From NCBI GenBank assembly GCA_043820285.1, contig JBDRDX010000017.1, positions 4,510 to 68,509 of the forward strand: a stretch of DNA of 64,000 bases. The letters are read 5' to 3'. This document shows positions 8,819 through 17,546 of this stretch, one piece after another. The notes beneath the pieces are model-generated. The model was given only the letters and a program-made list of their open reading frames with translations. It was not told the origin of the DNA and searched no databases. This DNA comes from Patescibacteria group bacterium (lineage in GTDB: Bacteria > Patescibacteriota > Gracilibacteria > UBA1369 > JAHKBB01). Positions within the stretch are counted from its first letter, which is position 1, and each line of letters begins with the position of its first letter. The translations under genes were made by a program, and so were the position numbers.

Positions 8819-9630
8819 CAAACTTGTTAATCCTATTTTATCAATAAGTACTTGGTCATTTCTGCCAAGCTCTCTATGTCGCCATAGAGTTCGGACTATA
8901 TCTTATCCTCCGACTTTTGATCAGAAGACTCTAGCGTGTAGTCTCTGAGGATTCTCATTCGAATATCATCTTTTGTCCACCTTCTACCTTTTCCCATTTG
9001 ATTCATTTTATACGCGATATCCAAAATATTTTGGAAACCTCGCCAATTCAAATGCTCCTTCTTTAACATCTTCTCCACTGCATTACAGAAGAGCTCAAAA
9101 GTCTCTTCCTTAACTAGCAATGGATATCTTTTAAAGAAAGGAATAACGCTTCTGTGAACAGGTTTAATCCCACAAATTTTGTAAGTAAATACACTATGAG
9201 GTGAAGTTTTTCTATGGATGCTCCCACAACCGAAAAATTGTTGCACAAGTTCTAAAATCCATTTGTTTTTCTCGTGCTGATATAAATGGAATGAAGGGTC
9301 AATCCCCCATCCAAACTTTGTACTTGGTCGCTTCTTCACTGAAAGACAGAAGCTCCCTTCACCATCCACAAAACCTGTAAGAAACCATTTGAATCGCTTA
9401 TCAAACTTGACATTTCGAATAAGTCTTTCCTGCTGATTGTCTGCACTCATACATTTTTACTGTTTAGAAATATTTAAGTTGCATTCTACCACAACAAGAT
9501 TAAATTTTTGTTAAAAATTCATTAAATATTTTCAAACGAGTAGTATGAGATACTCAGATGTTCCAGCATATAGCTAGATTTTATAACGGCCACTGTTTAT
9601 CTTGATATAAATCAAGAAGATAGCGCAATA
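8819..9630 (-). mobile_element. Group I intron in 23S at the E. coli U1923/C1924 equivalent (I-CeuI-type site)
   Basis: The block CTATAACGGT|CCTAAGGTAGCGAAATTCC is split here. The 5' exon ends in U and the intron ends in G. All four classical core elements are visible on the sense strand: P TATGCTGGAAC (9560-9571), Q AATCAGCAGG (9429-9438), R TCAGAGACTACAC (8937-8950) and S AAGATATAGTCC (8893-8904). Confidence 0.8.
8896..9450 (-). CDS. LAGLIDADG homing endonuclease, single-motif
   Basis: 184 aa with LTGFVDGEGSF. The ORF starts just 5' of the Q element and stops at the TAG inside the S element. Confidence 0.8.
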   Translation of the reverse strand: MSADNQQERLIRNVKFDKRFKWFLTGFVDGEGSFCLSVKKRPSTKFGWGIDPSFHLYQHEKNKWILELVQQFFGCGSIHRKTSPHSVFTYKICGIKPVHRSVIPFFKRYPLLVKEETFELFCNAVEKMLKKEHLNWRGFQNILDIAYKMNQMGKGRRWTKDDIRMRILRDYTLESSDQKSEDKI

Positions 9631-10540
9631 ACCGTTATAGTTACGGCCGCCGTTCACCAGGGCTTAGATTCAGAGCGTTAACCCCTCCTCGTGACCTTCT
9701 GGCACTGGGCAGGCGTCAGCCCCTATACATCGTCTTTCGACTTAGCAGAGACCTGTGTTTTTGGTAAACAGTCGCCTGGAATCATTAGCTGCGGGTTCCA
9801 CCTACATACCGAAGTAAATAAGGTAAAACCAAGGTTTATCCCGAAGTTACACCTGCTGTTTTGCCGAGTTCCTTAGCGGAAGTTATCTCGATCGCCTTAG
9901 TATTCTCTACTCACCCACCTGCGTTGGTTTGCGGTACGGTAACCTATATCTCTCACTACCGAGGTTTTTCTTGACAGATGAAGTCACCGGGATCACTTAC
10001 CTTGCGGCAAGCAATTTGCATAACTCCTCACAAACTCCAACGGATTTACCTGAAGGAGTGTAAGCTTGAAGCTTGCACACGAATTCATTAACGTGCCCCA
10101 GTTATCCATCTGCGTTACCCCTGAGTTAACGCCACTTTCAGTCCGTGGGGGTCTCATTCTCTCCGACCGAAGTCTTTGAGAACAAAACTTCCACTTTCCT
10201 CCAATTTTGTTCTGACGAAATATAGATTGTACAGGAATATTAACCTGTTGTCCATCGACTACGCCTTTCGGCCTCGCCTTAGGACCGACTAACCCCAAGT
10301 TGATTAACATAGCTTGGGAAACCTTGGGTTTTCGGCGATTAGGTTTTTCACCTAATTAACGTTACTCATGCCAACATTTTCGCTTCCTGACGCTCCACCC
10401 TATCTCGCGATAGAGCTTCAATACAGACAGGAACGCTCTCCTACCACTCATCCCCCACCGAGGCGGGGAACGGTTTGTGTCTTCGGTTAAAGCTTTAGCC
10501 CCGTTGAATTTTCGGCGCAGGATCACGTCCGAAGACAATA

Positions 10541-10571
<31 letters not shown>

Positions 10572-11169
10572 AATGGCTGCTTCTAAGCCAACCTCCTGGT
10601 TGTCTGGGTAATCCTACATCCTTTGCCACTTAAACTTTATTTGGGACCTTAGACGACAATCTGGGCTGTTTCCCTTTCGACTATGGCACTTTGCTGTCAT
10701 AGTCTAACTCCTGTGAAAGTCACAAGGGTATTCGAAGTTTATCTAGGTTTGGTAGACTTATTTCGCCCCCTAGCCTAAACAGCGCTCTACCCCCCTTGCT
10801 ATTAACACAAGGCTAGCCCTAAAGCTATTTCGGAGAGAACCAGCTATATCTTGGTTCGATTGGAATTTCTCCTCTATCCACAGCTCATCCCCTCATTTTG
10901 CAACATAAGTGGGTTCGGCCCTCCACCACGTGTTACCGCAGCTTCAGCCTGGCCATGGATAGCTCACCAAGTTTCGGGTCTAGTGTATGACACAAATTCG
11001 GGCTATTCACCCTCGCTTTCACTTCGGCTCCGCCTATAACTGGCTTAGCCAAGCGCCATACAGCTAACTCGTTGGCCCGTTCTACAAAAAGTACACCGTC
11101 AGACCCGCCGAGGCGGGACCTCCGATTCATTGTAAGCACAAAGTTTCAGGTCCTATTTCACTCCCCTAC

Positions 11170-11202
<33 letters not shown>

Positions 11203-11771
11203 TGTTCGCTATAGATCCTTAAGTCTGTTTAGCCTTGGGAGATTGGTCCTCCCGGATTCAAGCCGGATTACACGTGTCCGACCCTACTCAGGAACATCCT
11301 AGGCATGCACCCTATTTTCACCGACGGGACTATTACCCTCTATGGCGGTCCTTTCCAGGTGCCTTTGGCTAATAGAAGTGCATTCCATGTTAGAGTCCTA
11401 CAACCCCTAAATCCGTAGAATTAGGTTTGGGCTGATCCCTTTTCGCTCGCCACTACTAAGGGAATCGAATTTTCTTTCTTTTCCTCGGCTACTAAGATGT
11501 TTCAATTCGCCGAGTATCCTCGATACACCTATGTATTCAGTGCACCGTATCCCGCCATTATGCGGGATGGGTTTCCCCATTCGGGTATCTCCGGGTCAAA
11601 GTCTGCTTACCGACTCACCGAAGCTTTTCGCAGGTAGCTACGCCCTTCATAGGAACTTAAGGTCGAGGCATCCACTTTATGCTTTTAAAGTAAATTTATT
11701 TAGATATGAACTTATTATACTAACTGGCAATCAATAAAATAATTGCATTATTCTCCTGGTTTTCAAGGGAC

Positions 11772-11800
11772 AAAAAAAGGTGTGCTCTCTGCACACCTTT
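11772..11800 (-). terminator. Intrinsic terminator between the upstream protein genes and 23S
   Basis: On the minus strand, aaaggtgtgc-agaga-gcacaccttt is followed by tttttt. It lies downstream of the 78 aa membrane protein gene and about 75 nt upstream of the 23S 5' end. Confidence 0.5.
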
Positions 11801-11943
11801 AAACCTAAAGTTGACGACATTGGTCACGTCCTTAGACTCAAAAGTGTGTAAAGATAGTTTCGCATAAATTGATTAATTTTCATGCAGAAAGATTGTAAAT
11901 GGTTAGATTTGCCTTGTCAAATGTTTTTTTAACCTGAAATAAA

Positions 11944-12180
11944 TCAGAAAATCTTCCCTATAGTCGCCCCTACAATTATTTGCAATGTCCCCATAATATA
12001 CATAAGAGTACCTATAAAAGTCAGAACCCCAAGAAGAAAAATAAACGTATAGGTGCCACCAGCTCCGAAATACTGCTCCGCAAAGCCTATATCACCCGTC
12101 ATTTCCTTAATTTTTACCCTGTAGTAAATAATCAGGAACGACACCGGAAACCCTATTAGTGCAACAATAAATTTATTCAT
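11944..12180 (-). CDS. Small hydrophobic membrane protein (2-3 TM)
   Basis: 78 aa, almost entirely hydrophobic helices. It starts 4 nt after the stop of the peptidase gene, so the two are co-oriented and probably co-transcribed. Confidence 0.55.
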   Translation of the reverse strand: MNKFIVALIGFPVSFLIIYYRVKIKEMTGDIGFAEQYFGAGGTYTFIFLLGVLTFIGTLMYIMGTLQIIVGATIGKIF

Positions 12181-12183
12181 ATT

Positions 12184-13875
12184 TTACGCCGGTAAATAAA
12201 CTTTCGCCGGATTGCCATGGGGACTGTTTTTAGCCCACCTGTCAGTGTATATCTCCCAATGCCAAGCCTCTCTATCATAATTCACAAACCCGGCCTGCGG
12301 CAATATATTCCATAAATATTTTTGATTTGGATGCTTGTCGCCACCAGCACCATTCACTACCGCGACAATGTCTATCGCTCCACCGGTCTGGTGAGCCGAA
12401 TTCCCGGGAGGAGCGGCCCATTTTCTGGCTTCACCTGCGCTGCCGTATTTCCGAAGCGCCTGTTCATATATTTTCGCCTGATGCCCCTCCGACCTAAAGG
12501 AAGAAAATACTCTTAACATAACAGGCGGATCAGCGGTCTTGGCAAGTCTTTTTGCCTTTTCAAAAGATCGCATAGCGGATTGCCTCAATTTAACCCTATT
12601 CCCAAAGTCATCAGAGGATTCGACAAAAGGTTCATCCGGCGCAACCTCGAGTGACGCAAAAAGATAATCTTCCAGATCTTTACCTTCAAGCTCAGTCGCC
12701 TTAAATTCGCTAATCTCTTCCTTGGACAGAACTTTGCCCTTCAATTTGTCAAATTTGCTGTTTCCGGAAAGCTCCTCAAAATCACCCATGTATATTTGCC
12801 TGTCATAGAGACTGGACAAGTTAGTCAGGAGATTGATATCTTCTTCTGAAAATTGCTGCTCAAAAAATTCATTGAAATCATCTTCCGTGAACTCGCCCGA
12901 AAGATAATTATCCCACCAATTCTCGGGAAACCCGTCCGATATTTTTTGATAATTAACCCCGAAATAATAATCGTCAACCACAACTTTGAGATCTTTACCG
13001 TCAAAAAACTTCTGCAGAGCGTCCTTCACAACCATCTGCTGTCCATCCTTCTCAAAAATCTCTCTTTCTTCCGCTATTCTCGCTTGAACTTCCGCATCTT
13101 GCTCGCTTTGAATTTCGGTAACTTCAATCCTGTACCCCGAGTGAACATATGCGTATTCATTTTCGGGGTGAGAAACAAAATACCCGATTCTGCCCCCCCT
13201 TACACCTCTCTCCGCACCTTTGAATAATATACTTCCGTTTTCATCATATATGTTCACGGTCTTAACAGTGGGAGGAATCAGATTTGCCGCACCTACACCC
13301 CATTCAGCGGTCTGATTGCCATTGAAATCAACAGAAAATGTAACATGCCCATTGATCCTTTTTTCATCCACCACAAGATATTCATTTGCCAACCTTTTGT
13401 GCTTTTCATTGTTGTCCTGCCTGTTTTCGAGAACGGAAACTTGGGCGCTATGCATCTTTTTGGAATCCGTTTGCTTGGAAAGCCAACCTGAGAACTGCTG
13501 ATCGCGTTCAGCAGGCGCAAGTGCATCTAAAAACGAACTCAAATGTTTTTCCCCATATTCATCAAGCTTCAATCCGGTAATAGCGGTCTTTTCGTGCAGA
13601 TAATCCTTTATTTTCTGCAATATCTCATCTCTCTGCGCTTTTGCCATATCAGGCTGTGTGACCGCAATACCCTGCAATCTTTTCCAATCACTCAGGACAG
13701 GTTTTGCAATATCATCAGGAAGTTTTATAGACCCCTGCAATCCCAAAGCATACACAAGCTCGTCCGGAAGGGTCGTTTCGTGATCGGTTTTTTCAGAAAT
13801 AGATTCAACCCCACCCTTCGCGGATTCAGGAGCTTCTTGAAACACAACTCTCTGTTCGTAAAAATAATTATCCAT
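12184..13875 (-). CDS. Large protein with a C-terminal VanY/M15-type (LAS family) D-Ala-D-Ala carboxypeptidase domain
   Basis: The C-terminus carries the LAS metallopeptidase signature: FSSFRS..HQ, NSAHQTGGAIDI (SxHxxGxAxD) and EAWHWE. The N-terminal ~430 aa have no recognisable domain and no signal peptide. The first ATG is at 13875, whereas the track starts at a GTG at 13905. Confidence 0.7.
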   Translation of the reverse strand: MDNYFYEQRVVFQEAPESAKGGVESISEKTDHETTLPDELVYALGLQGSIKLPDDIAKPVLSDWKRLQGIAVTQPDMAKAQRDEILQKIKDYLHEKTAITGLKLDEYGEKHLSSFLDALAPAERDQQFSGWLSKQTDSKKMHSAQVSVLENRQDNNEKHKRLANEYLVVDEKRINGHVTFSVDFNGNQTAEWGVGAANLIPPTVKTVNIYDENGSILFKGAERGVRGGRIGYFVSHPENEYAYVHSGYRIEVTEIQSEQDAEVQARIAEEREIFEKDGQQMVVKDALQKFFDGKDLKVVVDDYYFGVNYQKISDGFPENWWDNYLSGEFTEDDFNEFFEQQFSEEDINLLTNLSSLYDRQIYMGDFEELSGNSKFDKLKGKVLSKEEISEFKATELEGKDLEDYLFASLEVAPDEPFVESSDDFGNRVKLRQSAMRSFEKAKRLAKTADPPVMLRVFSSFRSEGHQAKIYEQALRKYGSAGEARKWAAPPGNSAHQTGGAIDIVAVVNGAGGDKHPNQKYLWNILPQAGFVNYDREAWHWEIYTDRWAKNSPHGNPAKVYLPA

Positions 13876-14056
13876 TTTGTTTTTGTTTTCTCTTAATTCT
13901 AGCACAAAAAGGGATATTCTTGAAGGGACGAGAGGTTGTCAGATAAAAGAGATGTTTCGTAATTGCTAAAGAGATGGAGCTGAATATAGAAAAAATGTTT
14001 GATAATAGACATTTCTTTGTTAAAATCACTCCCTTAGTAAAAACTTCAACCTAAAT

Positions 14057-14854
14057 ATGTCCGGAAAAGTGCCACAATCCAGAGAGTTTCATTTCGAAGA
14101 AGTCGCAGAACGTTATTGTCGATTGCGCCAAACAGACAAAGCGCCAGTGGACGCAATAAGGCAAATCATTGCTGGCAATCGAGGTCCAATAAGGGCAGCT
14201 GACGTTGGATGTGGTCCAGGAAGATATTCGGAATTATTGTTCAATATTTTGCCCAATGGGTCACATTTGGAATGTTTGGATAGAAGCGCCAAAATGCTGG
14301 ACCAAGTCCCCTTAGAGGCAATGCTGGCAAGATCTGACGGCAAGACCGTAGGCGTTAAAAGATCAACAGCTGAGAACCTCCCATTTGACAGCGAATATCT
14401 AAATCTTATTGCTTGTTTTAACGCTATTCATCATTTTGATCCAAAAAAATTTTTTACTGAGGCAGTTCGTGTTTTAATCACGGGCTCGCCGCTTTTTATA
14501 TATACGCGTTTAAGAGAGCAAAATGAAGATACGATTTGGGGCAGACTTTTTCCAGAATTCTGTAAACACGAAGATAGAGTTCCTGCAAGAGATACGCTTG
14601 TAGGACAATTGCAAACTACTGCCGGATTGCAATTTGATAGAGAAATACCGTTTGAATTTCAACGGATAGACACCATTGAAGATTTAATAGCAAGAGTACG
14701 AGGCAAATATTATTCGGTATTTTCGCGCTATACTCAGGATAAACTCGATACAGCAGTTGTTGAATTTAACCACGCGGTCGAAAGAACATACAATGATGTC
14801 ACTAAAATTCAACATCCTTCCAAATATTCTTTGTTTGTAGCACATAAGGTGTAA
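14057..14854 (+). CDS. Class I SAM-dependent methyltransferase
   Basis: 265 aa with motif I AADVGCGPGRYSE and a post-I acidic residue (LECLDRS). Confidence 0.7.
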   Translation: MSGKVPQSREFHFEEVAERYCRLRQTDKAPVDAIRQIIAGNRGPIRAADVGCGPGRYSELLFNILPNGSHLECLDRSAKMLDQVPLEAMLARSDGKTVGVKRSTAENLPFDSEYLNLIACFNAIHHFDPKKFFTEAVRVLITGSPLFIYTRLREQNEDTIWGRLFPEFCKHEDRVPARDTLVGQLQTTAGLQFDREIPFEFQRIDTIEDLIARVRGKYYSVFSRYTQDKLDTAVVEFNHAVERTYNDVTKIQHPSKYSLFVAHKV

Positions 14855-14904
14855 ATGAATTGGAAGTAATCTCGTATTGAGGGATACTTTCGATGAAGCG
14901 CTAA

Positions 14905-14981
14905 TGGTGGGCGATGGAGGACTTGAACCTCCGACCTCGTCATTATCAGTGACGCGCTCTAACCAGCTGAGCTAATCGCCC
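14905..14981 (-). tRNA. tRNA-Ile (anticodon GAU), CCA encoded
   Basis: The reverse complement GGGCGATTAGCTCAGCTGGTTAGAGCGCGTCACTGATAATGACGAGGTCGGAGGTTCAAGTCCTCCATCGCCCACCA folds as a cloverleaf. The anticodon loop is CTGATAA. Confidence 0.85.
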
Positions 14982-15061
14982 TAGTTAACTGAAAAAAATT
15001 GCAAAAAGCATCTGCAAAATTACTTAAACTCAGGGTCAAAGTCAAGAGTTTTAAAAAAACC

Positions 15062-15090
15062 TTGACAAATCCACAAATTGTGAGTAAAAT
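15062..15090 (+). promoter_or_regulatory. Sigma70-like promoter
   Basis: TTGACA, a 17 nt spacer, then TAAAAT, about 35 nt upstream of the ATG at 15125. Confidence 0.45.
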
Positions 15091-15124
15091 AACTTCCCTA
15101 ACATAACCGCTAACCAATTAAACC

Positions 15125-15583
15125 ATGAAAAAGTTCGTATCGTTACTCATCGGTCTTGTCCTTGGATTGACATTAATGATCCCTGTGGCAAGCGCTCAAA
15201 GTTGGCACTTCACAACGCCATACGCGCCATACGGAGGGTATAAAACACCTGTTTACTACCAGTACGGTTATTCAAACACTTATTACACCCCACAGGTGAA
15301 ATACTACTACAAGAAGCCGGTGATGGTTTCACCTTACATCAAGGCTGTGAATTATCTTTCAACACTACCAAACTACAACTACGCATACAACTACCCGGTT
15401 TATTACAATACTTACCCAAATACTTACAACTATCCAAATACTTACAACTATCCAAATACCTACAACTACGGGTACAAGATTGTAAAAACACAGAACTACT
15501 ACACTCCGTATGTCAACCATTACAAAGTGCCCTTCGGAAACGTAGTTAACCCGGCGTTTAAATACCTAGGGTACCTTTATTAA
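15125..15583 (+). CDS. Secreted Tyr/Asn/Pro-rich low-complexity protein
   Basis: 152 aa. It has a signal peptide (LMIPVASAQS), then a Y/N/P/T-rich sequence containing YPNTYNYPNTYNYPNTYNY. Confidence 0.6.
   Translation: MKKFVSLLIGLVLGLTLMIPVASAQSWHFTTPYAPYGGYKTPVYYQYGYSNTYYTPQVKYYYKKPVMVSPYIKAVNYLSTLPNYNYAYNYPVYYNTYPNTYNYPNTYNYPNTYNYGYKIVKTQNYYTPYVNHYKVPFGNVVNPAFKYLGYLY
15410..15469. repeat. Tandem 18 bp coding repeat (acttacaactatccaaat, about 3 copies)
   Basis: Read directly from the sequence. It encodes the (YPNTYN)n tract. Confidence 0.7.
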
Positions 15584-15597
15584 AATCCAACTCAAAT

Positions 15598-16341
15598 TTA
15601 TGGATATGATCCCGCCTCTTTAGGCGGGATTTTCTGTAGGAAAGCTTTTATAGCGGACAGCCCTCCTTCTTTATGCAGGTTAATGAGTTTGCTTCCCACA
15701 ACCACGATATCCGCGTATTTAGAAGCCATTTCAACCTGTTCTGCGCTTGAAATGCCAAATCCTAGAGCCAAAGGAAGCTTTATGTGCTTTCTGACCCTAT
15801 TCAGATAGGACTTCAGGTGAGGATTTAGGCCTGATCTCTCCCCCGTTATTCCGAAATCGCTCACACAATATACAAAGCCGCTGGCCACTTTTGAGAGCTT
15901 TTTCAGCCTCTTCTCAGGGGTAATAGGAGAAATAATCTGGATCGGGTGAAGACTATATTTCTTGCATAAAGCTATGTAATGCTCGTGTTTTTCCTCATCT
16001 ATAGGAATATCAGGGATAATAAGGCCATATAAGCCCACTTTTTGGGCTTTTTGGCAGAATCTCTCGAGACCATAGGCATACGCCACATTAAAGTAAGTCA
16101 TTGCAAGTAACGGAGTTTTGATGTCGAGATCCTCTATCAGGGAAAAACATTTATCCGTTGTCATCCCGGATTTAAGAGCTTTGTGATTTGCTTCCATGAT
16201 AGCCTTTCCATCAGCAATGGGATCGGAGAATGGGAATTGAATTTCGATATAAGAAACAAAGGATTCAGCCATCATTTGAACGATCTTCTTCGATTCTTTT
16301 AGGGTTGGATAGCCCCCAACAACGTGTGTCATTAGCTTCAT
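15598..16341 (-). CDS. trpA: Tryptophan synthase alpha chain
   Basis: 247 aa. It has YIEIQFPFSDPIADG and GFGIS motifs, and an ATGA overlap with trpB. Confidence 0.85.
   Translation of the reverse strand: MKLMTHVVGGYPTLKESKKIVQMMAESFVSYIEIQFPFSDPIADGKAIMEANHKALKSGMTTDKCFSLIEDLDIKTPLLAMTYFNVAYAYGLERFCQKAQKVGLYGLIIPDIPIDEEKHEHYIALCKKYSLHPIQIISPITPEKRLKKLSKVASGFVYCVSDFGITGERSGLNPHLKSYLNRVRKHIKLPLALGFGISSAEQVEMASKYADIVVVGSKLINLHKEGGLSAIKAFLQKIPPKEAGSYP
15608..15634 (+). terminator. Intrinsic terminator for the Tyr-rich gene, embedded in the 3' end of the convergent trpA
   Basis: atcccgcc-tcttta-ggcgggat followed by ttttct. Confidence 0.5.
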
Positions 16342-17546
16342 GATATTTTGAAGTTAAATTTCTCGGCGACAATGAATAAGTCTTTGTCCCCTCTTCCGGA
16401 GCAGTTGAATACTATTACTTTGGATTTAGGTAATTTTGGGGCCAGTTTAATAACTTCAGCCACGGCGTGGCAGGATTCGAGAGCTGCAAATATCCCTTCC
16501 GTTTTGGCTAATAATTCATATGCCTTAAGGACCTCTGTATCTTTGGAATAAGAGGTTTTTATCCTTCCAATATCTTTCAGGTACGCAAGTTGAGGCCCAA
16601 CTCCGGAATAATCCAACCCGGCAGAGATACTATGTGTCTCTTTGATCTGGCCGTCTTTGTTCTGTAAAAAATACGATTTAAACCCTTCGACTACACCAGG
16701 CTTTCCGGTTTCAAATCGCGCGGCATGTTCGCATTTTTTGTCATTTTCTTTGATCCCCTTTCCGCCGGCCTCAACCCCAATCATCTTCACATTTTTGTCA
16801 TCGAGAAAATCATGGAACAATCCAATCGCATTGCTCCCGCCACCTACACATGCGACCAGATAGTCAGGTGGAGTTTTGAGTTGTTTGCGAACTTCGCGGC
16901 CAACAATGCTCTGAAAATACGCGTTCATAACAGGATACGGATGCGGCCCACAGACAGTTCCTAAAAGGTAGTGAGTGTCTGCTGGGTTTGTTATGAGATC
17001 ACGAAGAGCTTCGTTGATGGCATCGCGAAGGATTTGGCCTCCGGTTTTGACCGGGATGACTTTCGCGCCAAGTCTCTCCATCCAAAAGACATTTGGGCGC
17101 TGACGGACATAATCCTTCGCGCCCATATATACAGTGCAGGCAAGGCCAAGCTTTGCGCATACGGTTGCAGTGGCCAGGCCGTGCTGTCCCGCGCCGGTTT
17201 CGGCTATTACTCGCTTCTTGCCCAAACGCCTGGCAAGCAAAGCTTGGCCTAAACAATGATTAATCTTGTGAGCCCCGGTATGATTAAGACCCTCATTTTT
17301 AAGATAGATTCTCGCTCCACCCAAGCGTTTTGTCAGATTCTCACAATAGTAAAGAGGAGTCGGCCTGCCCGAATAATTGCGATATAAATTTGCAAGCTCA
17401 CTCTTAAAAGATTTTTCCTTAACAGCCTTATAAAAAGCGGCTTCAAGTTCCTCCATTATCGGAATCAAAAGCTCCGGAATATATCGACCGCCATAGGGAC
17501 CAAAATGCCCGGTTTTATTTAAAACATATCTTTTCAACGACTTCAT
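16338..17546 (-). CDS. trpB: Tryptophan synthase beta chain
   Basis: 402 aa. It has GPYGGRYIPE, HTGAHKINH (PLP lysine) and GGGSNAIG. Confidence 0.9.
   Translation of the reverse strand: MKSLKRYVLNKTGHFGPYGGRYIPELLIPIMEELEAAFYKAVKEKSFKSELANLYRNYSGRPTPLYYCENLTKRLGGARIYLKNEGLNHTGAHKINHCLGQALLARRLGKKRVIAETGAGQHGLATATVCAKLGLACTVYMGAKDYVRQRPNVFWMERLGAKVIPVKTGGQILRDAINEALRDLITNPADTHYLLGTVCGPHPYPVMNAYFQSIVGREVRKQLKTPPDYLVACVGGGSNAIGLFHDFLDDKNVKMIGVEAGGKGIKENDKKCEHAARFETGKPGVVEGFKSYFLQNKDGQIKETHSISAGLDYSGVGPQLAYLKDIGRIKTSYSKDTEVLKAYELLAKTEGIFAALESCHAVAEVIKLAPKLPKSKVIVFNCSGRGDKDLFIVAEKFNFKIS

Noticed and set aside
11701-11771. A candidate 23S promoter (a TATAAT on the minus strand at 11714-11719).
   Set aside because: There is no acceptable -35 element at 16-18 nt spacing (the only TTGATT is 9 nt away), so I do not report it as a feature. 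A promoter must exist somewhere downstream of the terminator at 11772-11800.
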